DNA of 64,000 nt from an uncultured virus (IMG/VR IMGVR_UViG_3300017963_000205) (Duplodnaviria; Heunggongvirae; Uroviricota; Caudoviricetes): IMG/VR virus record IMGVR_UViG_3300017963_000205, one strand, 5' to 3'. Of the stretch, positions 1 through 8,301 are shown in pieces (positions within the stretch are counted from its first letter, which is position 1; every line of letters begins with the position of its first letter). The position numbers were made by a program, and so were the translations under genes. Below the pieces are notes generated by a model. The model was not told the origin of the DNA. It made no database searches and worked only from the letters and a program-made list of their open reading frames with translations.

Positions 1-16
1 AATCGGGAGAGAAGCA

Positions 17-262
17 ATGGCGAAAGTGGATCAGACTATCGGAGACGGCATCAACACGGTCTTCGATCTCGATCTGGGCTTCTCCACCGAGGATGTCTGT
101 GTGCGGTGTCTGGATCTGCTTCAGTCCTCGAACGATGTCGTGGCCTTCCAGATGGAGAAGCAGACGCCCAACAGCACGAGCATACGGTTGACGCTGACGC
201 CGGCTCCGCCAACGGATTCGATCAGGGTCATCGCAACGGACGGTACTGAAGCGCCGGATTGA
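17..262 (+). CDS. small hypothetical virion/tail-fibre-associated protein
   Basis: 81 aa ORF with GGGAG RBS; IGDG..F.L...F.T.DV.V pattern resembles small beta-rich fibre-associated modules; directly upstream of the fibre gene. Confidence 0.5.
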   Translation: MAKVDQTIGDGINTVFDLDLGFSTEDVCVRCLDLLQSSNDVVAFQMEKQTPNSTSIRLTLTPAPPTDSIRVIATDGTEAPD

Positions 263-275
263 CGGAGATACTTCC

Positions 276-3074
276 ATGGCCGACACGCCGATGTTCAACC
301 CGATCGACATGCAGGGCAACCGTTTGAAGGGGCTGCCCGCGCCAGTTGACAATAGCGACGCCGCGCGCAAGGTCGACGTTACGGCGGGAGGGCTTGGCGT
401 CACGGGTGTTACGGGCGTCACGGGAGCTACGGGCGTTACTGGTGTTACGGGCTCTGCCGGAACAGACGGCGTGACGGGCGCGACAGGCCCAGCAGGCACG
501 GACGGCGTTACCGGAGCGACGGGGCCAGCTGGTTCCCTTGGCGTGACGGGTGTCACCGGGGCGACAGGCTCAGCGGGCTCCCTTGGTGTAACAGGTGTCA
601 CCGGAGCCAATGGACCCATAGGGCCCAACGGCGTCACCGGAGCAACAGGGCCAGCCGGCTCTCAGGGCGTGACAGGCGTTACCGGAGTAACAGGATCGGC
701 AGGAGGCGCTGGGGTCACAGGCGTTACGGGCGTTACCGGCACAACCGGAGCGACCGGTCCCGGCGGGTCGGACACGCCTGCCACGCTTTCGCAGCTTGGC
801 ACCGTGGTTCTGGCCGATACCGAGCAGACAGAGCAGGGCACGATCCTTGACGGCACCAACAAGCCGCTTGCCGTCAATCCCACCAACCTGCTGCTTCGCC
901 GCACCGGCGTGAACGCACTGCTGGCCCGACCCGCGTCACCGCTGCCGCTCTCTTCCTCGTCATCGTCCTCTTCCGGCGGGTACGACTTCCCGACCGAGAC
1001 ACAGATTCCCGGCGATGCGCGCGGCACCTATGCGTTGGATATCCAGGCGCGCATCCAGTACGCCGACCAGGTTGCCTCCGGCACGTACGCCGTGGCGATG
1101 GGCGGGCAGAGCGAGGCTTCAGGTTATTCGTCGGTGGCTGTGGGTACGGGCTTCGGGCCCGGCTTTGCAAATCGTGGCAACCGTTCCAAGGGCGGCGGCT
1201 CCAGCACGTTTGGCGTCAACAACCAGGCTGGCGGGGCGGGAGGCAACTACTCAAGCGCCTTTGGTTACGGCAACACGGCCAATTCTGCGACCGGGTACGA
1301 TTTTGCCGCCGGCAACGGAAACAACGCCACAGGCGGTAAATCAATCACGGTCGGCCGTTACGGCAAGGCGTACGACACCGGGGCATTCACTTTCGGGTCT
1401 TTCTGCTACGCCTACGAAAACTATTGTGGCTCCGTCGGTTACGTAAACACCACCAGCACCGGTGAGCGTAATCTCGCTTTTGGCAACTGGAACTACGTGA
1501 CGGCCAAGCGGGGAGACTCCGACTCGGGTCGCAATGCCGCCTTCGGCATCTCCAACAAAATCTACGGCTATTGCACGAACTCCTCTGCGATAGGCGTGGA
1601 CAACTACATCAACGGCCTGGAGAGCCCGACCAGTTGGGGTTGCGTGGCTGTCGGGCGCCGCAACAAGATCTACGGTGGCGACTACTGTCTGGCGTTCGGC
1701 GCTGAGAACACGATCAATTACAACGGCGACCGCATGATCGCTGTTGGGTTCAAGAACAGGTCTTACAACCCGTGGAGCGCGGCGTTTGGTGTGGGCAACT
1801 ACATCAAGACCTACGGGTCCACGGCGCGACACGGCGTGGCCGTTGGCTCCTACAACACGGTCGAATACAGCGGCGTGGCCTTCGGGCGGCAGAACGAATG
1901 TAAAGGCGGCTACAACTCGGCCGTCGGTCGTGGGAACGACGCTTTCGCCAACGACTCCTGTGCGATCGGCAACTACAATTACACGGGTGACGGCTACACG
2001 AAGTCGGTGGCCATGGGCATGTACAACGACTCCTACACGTGGGGGGTCGCCATGGGCTACTACTGCAAGACCAACAACGGAAGCTCGCGCAACGTGGCCA
2101 CGGGCTTCGCGTGCTACGCGGGGCGGGGCCAGGGCGGCGTCTACACGTCCGACTACAACTTTGCCGACGGCCTCTGGTCGCAGGCGAACGCGACCAACTC
2201 CGTTGCTGTGGGCTACTACTGTTACACGGCCTACTCCAACACGGGGCACGCCGTCAGCTCAGTGGCCATGGGAACGATCGTCAACCGCACGGGCACGATC
2301 AACGACACGACGGGCGCGATTATCAGCACCGGAGTGCGTATCGACAACGGCATCAACTCGCAGTCGTTCGGCAGCCAGATCAAGAACTACGGTCTCAACG
2401 CGGTGATCGTGGCGCGCATCGGCTACGTCTCGACGGCCGGCACGAATGCCTCCGGGCTGGGCAAGAACGTCTCGATCACGGCGGCGGGCGGCTCCGTGCT
2501 GGGCGGCGTGTCCAACACGGTCAGTGGCGCGTATGGCACGGTGGTCGGCGGCGACAACAACACGGCCAGTGGCCTTGCGGCCATCGCCATGGGGCGGCGC
2601 ACCACGGCGGCCAAGGACGGCGAACTGGCCCACAACAGTCTGGCCTTCCAGGATGGCGCGGGCGGCACGTACACGGCCGAACGCGGCTATCACCGCATGA
2701 CGGGCAACGCGAAGACGACCGACGCGACCGAGACGCTGCTGATGAGCATTCCCATCACGGCGGGTTCGGCCGTCCACATGCGACTGATGGTCATTGGAAA
2801 TGAGGACGGGGGCGTCCATCGGCGCGGATTCACCCGGGAAATCACGGCCTATCGTGACGGCTCGGACAGCGTGGTCGTGGGCGCGTGCGAAGTGCCCACC
2901 ATGGAGACGTGCGGAAGCTCCTCCTCGTCTTCGGGTGGTGATGAGCAGAACTGGCAGCTGGAAGTCAGTGAAAACGGGAACAACCTCGAAGTCCGTGTAA
3001 CGGGCGAGGCGGCCACAAGCATCAACTGGGGCGCAGTGGCTCAGTGGGTGGGCGTCGGGGAGGACGTTAACTGA
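276..3074 (+). CDS. tail fibre/adhesin with collagen-like G-X-T stalk and YadA-like head repeats
   Basis: N-terminal [12 protein letters not shown]...DAARK motif, long (G-X-Y)n region dominated by GVT/GAT, then many ~14-16 aa S.A.G..N repeats typical of trimeric adhesin beta-roll heads; two poly-Ser tracts. Confidence 0.75.
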   Translation: MADTPMFNPIDMQGNRLKGLPAPVDNSDAARKVDVTAGGLGVTGVTGVTGATGVTGVTGSAGTDGVTGATGPAGTDGVTGATGPAGSLGVTGVTGATGSAGSLGVTGVTGANGPIGPNGVTGATGPAGSQGVTGVTGVTGSAGGAGVTGVTGVTGTTGATGPGGSDTPATLSQLGTVVLADTEQTEQGTILDGTNKPLAVNPTNLLLRRTGVNALLARPASPLPLSSSSSSSSGGYDFPTETQIPGDARGTYALDIQARIQYADQVASGTYAVAMGGQSEASGYSSVAVGTGFGPGFANRGNRSKGGGSSTFGVNNQAGGAGGNYSSAFGYGNTANSATGYDFAAGNGNNATGGKSITVGRYGKAYDTGAFTFGSFCYAYENYCGSVGYVNTTSTGERNLAFGNWNYVTAKRGDSDSGRNAAFGISNKIYGYCTNSSAIGVDNYINGLESPTSWGCVAVGRRNKIYGGDYCLAFGAENTINYNGDRMIAVGFKNRSYNPWSAAFGVGNYIKTYGSTARHGVAVGSYNTVEYSGVAFGRQNECKGGYNSAVGRGNDAFANDSCAIGNYNYTGDGYTKSVAMGMYNDSYTWGVAMGYYCKTNNGSSRNVATGFACYAGRGQGGVYTSDYNFADGLWSQANATNSVAVGYYCYTAYSNTGHAVSSVAMGTIVNRTGTINDTTGAIISTGVRIDNGINSQSFGSQIKNYGLNAVIVARIGYVSTAGTNASGLGKNVSITAAGGSVLGGVSNTVSGAYGTVVGGDNNTASGLAAIAMGRRTTAAKDGELAHNSLAFQDGAGGTYTAERGYHRMTGNAKTTDATETLLMSIPITAGSAVHMRLMVIGNEDGGVHRRGFTREITAYRDGSDSVVVGACEVPTMETCGSSSSSSGGDEQNWQLEVSENGNNLEVRVTGEAATSINWGAVAQWVGVGEDVN
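396..762 (+). repeat. collagen-like Gly-X-Thr triplet repeat (degenerate 9-bp units)
   Basis: Translation [34 protein letters not shown]... with Gly at every third residue. Confidence 0.9.
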
Positions 3075-3090
3075 CGTAAGGAGAAGAACC

Positions 3091-3363
3091 ATGGCTTCGA
3101 ACAATGGCCAAATCGATATTCCCGGCGGCGCGGACATCGTGGTCCGCCAGCAGCAGGTGCGAAACCTCAGCTCCGTCACGGTCACACGCGTCGTGTGCCT
3201 GCCGCAGCGCAAACTCATCAGGGCGTTCGTGAGGGAGATGCCGCAGCCGCTCACCATCTACGAAGGCGCGGCCTACGACGATCTGAACGGCACGATCTCG
3301 ATGGAGGACGTCGAGACGCGCGTCAAGGAAGAGCTGGGCGTCGGGTCGTCCTCAAGCGCCTGA
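3091..3363 (+). CDS. hypothetical protein, possibly fibre-associated
   Basis: 90 aa, AAGGAG RBS, C-terminal GSSSSA. Confidence 0.6.
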   Translation: MASNNGQIDIPGGADIVVRQQQVRNLSSVTVTRVVCLPQRKLIRAFVREMPQPLTIYEGAAYDDLNGTISMEDVETRVKEELGVGSSSSA

Positions 3364-3390
3364 TTCTCAACGCCGTTTCACTTCACAAGG

Positions 3391-3416
3391 AAGCCCGCCC
3401 CGCGCGGGCTTTTCTT
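3391..3416 (+). terminator. intrinsic terminator
   Basis: AAGCCCGC-cccgc-GCGGGCTT stem-loop followed by TTCTT, just after the fibre genes. Confidence 0.75.
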
Positions 3417-3428
3417 CGTGAATGCGCA

Positions 3429-3457
3429 TTGACGCTCTCATAGATTTGCTCTATCAT
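3429..3457 (+). promoter_or_regulatory. sigma70-like promoter for the sulfotransferase
   Basis: TTGACG-17 bp-TATCAT, immediately downstream of the terminator. Confidence 0.7.
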
Positions 3458-3501
3458 TATCGGGTGTACTGATATCCTCCCGGCAACTCAGGAGCAATCT
3501 C

Positions 3502-4392
3502 ATGGTCAAGAGCAGCGGCGTGTTGCAACCCCGGCAGAAGGGCAAGCCGAAGAAGGCCCGGCATCCGGGTTCCGAATCGTGGACGGGCAAGGACAAGATC
3601 ATCCACTTCGTGTCCGGGCTGCCGCGCGCGGGCTCGACGCTGTTCGTCAACATCCTCGCGCAGAACCACCGTTTCGACGTCACGCCCACCAGCGGCATCA
3701 TTGGCATGCTGACGATGCTGCGCAACCAGTGGGAGCACCAGTCCGAGTTCCGAGCCGCCTACGATGAGGAAGTGAAGGTGACGGCGCTCCGTGGGCTGCT
3801 CAATGGGTATTTTCACAACTCCCGCTTTCCAGTGGTCTTCGACAAGTCTCGTGGCTGGCCGGCACAGATCGAGATGGCTGAGAGGCTGCTGGGACGCCGA
3901 ATCAAGATCCTTGCACCCGTGCGTGACGTGCGCGACATCCTGTCCAGCTTCGAGAAACTCTATCGCAAGAACAAGGATATTCGTCCCATCCCCGGCGAGA
4001 TGCAGAATCCGGGGCGCTTCCAGACCGTGGACGGGCGTTGTGAGGTCTGGTGCCAGCCCGACCAGCCGCTGGGCGCCGCCTTCAACATGATTCGGGACGC
4101 CACGCGCAGGGGCTTTGGCAACCGCATCCACTTCGTGGAGTACGAGAAACTCACCGTCGCGCCGAAGACCACGATGGCCAAAGTCTACGAATTCCTCGAT
4201 GAAAAGCCCTACGAACACGACTTCGACAACGTGGAGCAGTACACGCAGGAGGACGACATCTGGCACGGCTACAAGGACCTTCACACCATCCGCCAGAAGG
4301 TTGAGCCCATGGAGCCGCAGTGGCCGGACGTTTTGGGCCAGGAGGTGGCCAAACAGTACGCCGGGAAGGCTACCAACTTCTGGCAGGAGTAG
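3502..4392 (+). CDS. sulfotransferase family protein
   Basis: PAPS-binding loop FVSGLPRAGSTL, then VFDKSR, K(I)LAPVRDVRDILSS and VEYEKL..P..TM..VYEFL, the usual order of motifs in P-loop sulfotransferases. Confidence 0.85.
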   Translation: MVKSSGVLQPRQKGKPKKARHPGSESWTGKDKIIHFVSGLPRAGSTLFVNILAQNHRFDVTPTSGIIGMLTMLRNQWEHQSEFRAAYDEEVKVTALRGLLNGYFHNSRFPVVFDKSRGWPAQIEMAERLLGRRIKILAPVRDVRDILSSFEKLYRKNKDIRPIPGEMQNPGRFQTVDGRCEVWCQPDQPLGAAFNMIRDATRRGFGNRIHFVEYEKLTVAPKTTMAKVYEFLDEKPYEHDFDNVEQYTQEDDIWHGYKDLHTIRQKVEPMEPQWPDVLGQEVAKQYAGKATNFWQE

Positions 4393-4396
4393 CGTC

Positions 4397-4424
4397 TTGA
4401 ATTGCCCGGTCGTCCGAGTAAAGT
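4397..4424 (+). promoter_or_regulatory. possible sigma70-like promoter
   Basis: TTGAAT-16 bp-TAAAGT upstream of the 4455 ORF. Confidence 0.4.
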
Positions 4425-4454
4425 GAAGGGGGATCGTGTGCTCGGGGGCTGCTC

Positions 4455-5159
4455 ATGCCAGCTGACTTTTCTCGTATTCCCCAGGAGTTTTATGACGCCG
4501 TCGAACAGGGCCAGCTTCCCGCCGCCCGCATCGGCCCGATGCTCGACGAGTACGTCGCCCAACAGCTCCTTGCGGAAGTCAAAGCCGGACGCATTCCACG
4601 CCCTGAAGCCATGGCGCACTTCAATCGCATTCGGGCGAATCAGAAGGCACACCAGGATCACCTCGAACGACAGGCATTCAGGCAGGGCGCATGGGTTCAC
4701 GCGCCCGAGACGTACCCCGGCGCGGCGGCGTCCGCAGCGCTCACCACGGCACCCACGAAGTGGCTGGGAAGGCTGTTTGGATCGCCCATGACGTGGCGAC
4801 ACGCGGCGAACCTTGGCATGGGCGCCGCCTCTCTTCCGTTCAGTGGTGTGTTCGAGGCGGGCCTGACAGCGATAGCTCCTCTCAGCGATCCTCTTTACCA
4901 GCGTGGTGAAAGAGGGTACTTTGGCTCGCTGGCGGAAGCGGCGAAAGGCCGTACGGAGCGTTTCGCCCGTGCGGGTGAAGAGACGATGAAGCATTACGGT
5001 GCGGCGGGCATACCTGTTCAGGCGCTGCAGCACGCGTTCAACCCGCTCACGGGAACGGCGTTCACGGCAAAGGAACTCTACAAGTCCATGCATGGCCCGT
5101 CGGCTGAGGAACTGTCGATGCAGGCCGAGCGGGATTTGGACAAATATCTAGGGAGGTAG
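4455..5159 (+). CDS. hypothetical protein
   Basis: 234 aa ORF in the co-directional gene array. Confidence 0.6.
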   Translation: MPADFSRIPQEFYDAVEQGQLPAARIGPMLDEYVAQQLLAEVKAGRIPRPEAMAHFNRIRANQKAHQDHLERQAFRQGAWVHAPETYPGAAASAALTTAPTKWLGRLFGSPMTWRHAANLGMGAASLPFSGVFEAGLTAIAPLSDPLYQRGERGYFGSLAEAAKGRTERFARAGEETMKHYGAAGIPVQALQHAFNPLTGTAFTAKELYKSMHGPSAEELSMQAERDLDKYLGR

Positions 5160-5161
5160 CC

Positions 5162-6208
5162 ATGCCCTGCGGAACCACTCACGGCTCGAAGTCCAAGAAG
5201 AAAGCCAAGAAGAAGATGAAGAAGGCCGAGGTGCTTGCTCCCTACGTCAAGCAAGCGCTTGGGCTCCGAGGGCTTGCTGCGTTAGCTTCCCAGGGCGTGG
5301 GCGAGCTTGGCGCTGCTGCGGCTCCGTTGGTTTCCAAGGGGCTAAAAGGAGTTGGTGCAACCGGAGCGGGCCGGCGTGTTGGGCGAGCCGCCGAACGCTT
5401 TACGGACCCAACAGCTGCGAAAGCAGAGACGTTGTTTGGTTTCATGGAAGGGCGAGGAAAGCGCCAGTTTGCACCGGAGGCTGTGGACGCTCTTTTGCGC
5501 GGTGACCGCAAGCTCATGCAGGCGCTTGGTCTTGGAACGATCGGTACGGGCGGTCTTGGTCTTTACGGCGGCTATCGTGGCCTCCGAAGCCTGATTGGTG
5601 GAGAGGAGGAAGGTGTGAAGACTTCAGCGGAGAAACGGGCAGGACCACTGCTCGACAGGGCACGGGAACTCCTGCTGCGTTTGGGTTATGGCGCGGCGAA
5701 GCCCATCGAAGGGGGGCTGGATCTGATCGGGCAGGGAACCAAGGGGGTGGAGCGTTTTGGCACGCCCATCGCGCGCACCCGCGTGCAGGAGATGCCCGGG
5801 CGCATGAAGGGTGTGGCCGAAAAGGGTCTGGAAAGCCGTCTTACGGGCCTGGGCGGCGCGACGGCCGGAGCCGGCGCTCTTGGTACGCTTGGCGCGGGCT
5901 ACGGCGGCTACAAGGCACTCTCAGGCGGCGGCGGTGAGGGCGAACAGCCTGTTGCCCAGGCACCCAAGAAGGAAGCCCCTCAGAAGGAAGAGAGCACGGC
6001 CAAGAAGGAAGAGCCGGAGAAGAAGGAAGAGCCGGAGAAGAAGGAAGCCAATCTCGGCACGCCCTTCACCGACGGCATCATCCAGTATTGCCTGGAAAAC
6101 AACCTCGACGGCGAGCAGGTCGCCGATCTGCTGGAGAAGGGCGCTCAGGTTGAGGGCCCGGTTGGCGAGGAATGCAAGGGGCTGATTGATCGCTTGGTCA
6201 CGGCCTGA
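5162..6208 (+). CDS. Gly-rich putative internal virion protein with K-x-A motifs
   Basis: Lys-rich N-terminus; KKA/KQA/KRA/KEA motifs; two Gly-rich hydrophobic segments; KKEEPE repeats; C-terminal F..G..YC module. Confidence 0.6.
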   Translation: MPCGTTHGSKSKKKAKKKMKKAEVLAPYVKQALGLRGLAALASQGVGELGAAAAPLVSKGLKGVGATGAGRRVGRAAERFTDPTAAKAETLFGFMEGRGKRQFAPEAVDALLRGDRKLMQALGLGTIGTGGLGLYGGYRGLRSLIGGEEEGVKTSAEKRAGPLLDRARELLLRLGYGAAKPIEGGLDLIGQGTKGVERFGTPIARTRVQEMPGRMKGVAEKGLESRLTGLGGATAGAGALGTLGAGYGGYKALSGGGGEGEQPVAQAPKKEAPQKEESTAKKEEPEKKEEPEKKEANLGTPFTDGIIQYCLENNLDGEQVADLLEKGAQVEGPVGEECKGLIDRLVTA

Positions 6209-6229
6209 TTTCGGAACCCGTTCCGAAAT
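6208..6229. promoter_or_regulatory. palindromic motif copy 1 (ATTTCGGAA-N4-TTCCGAAAT)
   Basis: Perfect intergenic inverted repeat ATTTCGGAA-CCCG-TTCCGAAAT; related copies at 15361, 24256, 44547 and 62709. Confidence 0.55.
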
Positions 6230-6244
6230 GCATAGGAGGTGATC

Positions 6245-6625
6245 ATGACGGCTGTCGATCGAGAACGAGCAAACGCCTACAAGGTCGGCTTTCTCAAGAA
6301 GCTGGCCGAGTTGGGCGTGCTGCCCGGTGAGTTCTTCAAGGAGGCTGCCGGGCTTTCCGCGTTGGCGCTGGCCAATCTGGCTACGGGCGCCATGGGCTCG
6401 GGTGCATCGCTTGCCGGCCAGGCCGGCAAGCTGGGGCTCGAAGGGGCAGTTCTCGCCCCGCTGGCCGTAGGCACGGCCACGGGCGCGATGAGCGGGCTGG
6501 CCGACGCCCCTTCGTCCGAAGACATCGAAGCCCTCCACCAAAAGGAAAAACTGGAGTTGATCAAGCGGCTGACCAAAGAGGTCAAGCTGCGTCGGGCCCT
6601 TCATGAGAAAGGCCAGTACAAGTGA
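6245..6625 (+). CDS. putative internal virion protein, Gly/Ala-rich hydrophobic segment
   Basis: AGGAGG RBS before ATG 6245; AYKVGFLKKLAELG...FFKEA then hydrophobic Gly/Ala stretch. Confidence 0.65.
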   Translation: MTAVDRERANAYKVGFLKKLAELGVLPGEFFKEAAGLSALALANLATGAMGSGASLAGQAGKLGLEGAVLAPLAVGTATGAMSGLADAPSSEDIEALHQKEKLELIKRLTKEVKLRRALHEKGQYK

Positions 6626-7110
6626 TCCTGCCCAAGAATGGTGACAAGGCCAAGGAAGCCAAGGAAGCCAAGGAGGTGACGGCGGGGACACCTGCTCCCG
6701 CCGCTCCGGCCGCCCCGTCGCTGAAGATCTCGATGGACAAGCGGGGGCGGGCCAAGCTGCCTGACAAGCTCATTGACCCGGCTGGGGTTTTCACGCAGCC
6801 GATGGTGTTGCCGGGACTGGAAGGGCTGCCGTTCCGGGGCGATTCGATCCCGGATCTGAAGGAGGCCGACCCCGACAAGTTCCGCCCGCAGGTGGGGCAG
6901 CAGATCTTCGCAAACGTGCTGGATCTCTCCAACGAAGAGGACATGCGGTATTACCAGCAGATCCTCCAGCTGGTGGGCAACGGGTTCGCGCAGATCTCCG
7001 TCGAGGAACGCAAGTACGACAACGCGATCAAGAGCTGGCGTGTCTTCATACGCTGGATTCTCTATTACGGTTACATGGTTGAGACGCCGGGGGCCAAGAC
7101 CGATGGGTGA
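6622..7110 (+). CDS. hypothetical protein
   Basis: GTG start overlapping the upstream stop; 162 aa. Confidence 0.55.
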   Translation: MILPKNGDKAKEAKEAKEVTAGTPAPAAPAAPSLKISMDKRGRAKLPDKLIDPAGVFTQPMVLPGLEGLPFRGDSIPDLKEADPDKFRPQVGQQIFANVLDLSNEEDMRYYQQILQLVGNGFAQISVEERKYDNAIKSWRVFIRWILYYGYMVETPGAKTDG

Positions 7111-8299
7111 ATTCGCAAAGCGGGCCAATGAGATGATGCTGGCCGAAAGCGGCGGTATCGACTGGAAGGGGATGCTCAATTCCCTGCTGGCTCAAAGGGG
7201 AGACACGCCCGAGTGGAAGACCGATCTGGAGAAGCAGAAGGCACGGCTGCGCCCGTTCATTCTGCCCAGCGAGGAAGAAGCCGAGCAGAAAGCCCAGGCC
7301 AACATCGAGGACCTGCAGGAACGTGCTCGCAGCATGGGCTACAGCATGCGCGCACGCAAGCGCGAGGAGGAAGAGCCTCTTCTTCGTGACGTGGGCAGAG
7401 GCATGCCGGGACGCGAGGTGGTCGTGGACCTGCCGGCCATCAAGCAGGGCTGGTATGAGCCCCGTTTGCGCTCGAAGCAGGCTGATCTTCTGGCGGGCGG
7501 TCTGGCCGACAGGAAGCCTGACACCCGGTACGACCTTCGTGAGCTTTCAAGGGGCGTAAGGGTCGAGATGGAACACACCAGCGATCCCGAACGCTCCAAG
7601 GAGATCGCCAAGGATCATCTCGAAGAGATTCCCGATTACTACAATCGGCTGGATGCGATGGAAGGCGAGGCCGAGGAGACGAGGGAAGAGGCTGAGGAGC
7701 TGCGCGAGAAGGAAGGCGGCGTGCTGGGCGAGATGTTCGCGCCCGTGGGCATGGCCGCCGAGAGCGCTCTGGCCGAGGCTGCCCGCACCATCTCCGAGAA
7801 GACGCGTGAGGCACGCCGCGTGACGGACGATCCCAGCACGCTGGTCTCGTACTACCCGAGACTTGCCACCACGGTGCCCAAAGCCTTCCATGAGGGTTTT
7901 TCCCAGGCCGACGAGGACGCCGACATCCTGCGGGCCGAAGAGACGGAGAAGGCCATCGCCAAGGCTCAGAAGGAGTATGAGAAGGCGTTGGCTGCGGAGT
8001 ACGCGGCGCGCAAGACGGCAAAAACGGCCGGGGAGCTGATCGACGGGCTGGCCCAGGCGCACGTGAAAAGCGCGCAGGGCGAGATCAATCAGGCACTGGG
8101 CGCCTACCTGGCGTTGGCGTCCCTGCTGGGCTACGGCGCGCACACGGCTTCGGAAAGCTGGGTCAAGTCACGTGATCCGCGCCAGCAGAAGTACAAAGCC
8201 GTCAAGGAGGAGCTGCGCAAGAAGCGCATGCGGCAGCCGGCCCCGATCCTGGTCGAGGTGCCGGAGCCCGTCGATACTGAAGCCAACCTTCGGACCTGA
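7103..8299 (+). CDS. putative internal virion protein with DUF5661-like module
   Basis: ATG 7103 overlaps the upstream gene end; GGLAD...EL.RGVRVEMEHT.D...KEIAKDHL.E.PDYY..L matches my recollection of DUF5661; several K-x-A/G motifs. Confidence 0.65.
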   Translation: MGEFAKRANEMMLAESGGIDWKGMLNSLLAQRGDTPEWKTDLEKQKARLRPFILPSEEEAEQKAQANIEDLQERARSMGYSMRARKREEEEPLLRDVGRGMPGREVVVDLPAIKQGWYEPRLRSKQADLLAGGLADRKPDTRYDLRELSRGVRVEMEHTSDPERSKEIAKDHLEEIPDYYNRLDAMEGEAEETREEAEELREKEGGVLGEMFAPVGMAAESALAEAARTISEKTREARRVTDDPSTLVSYYPRLATTVPKAFHEGFSQADEDADILRAEETEKAIAKAQKEYEKALAAEYAARKTAKTAGELIDGLAQAHVKSAQGEINQALGAYLALASLLGYGAHTASESWVKSRDPRQQKYKAVKEELRKKRMRQPAPILVEVPEPVDTEANLRT

Positions 8300-8301
8300 A
8301 C

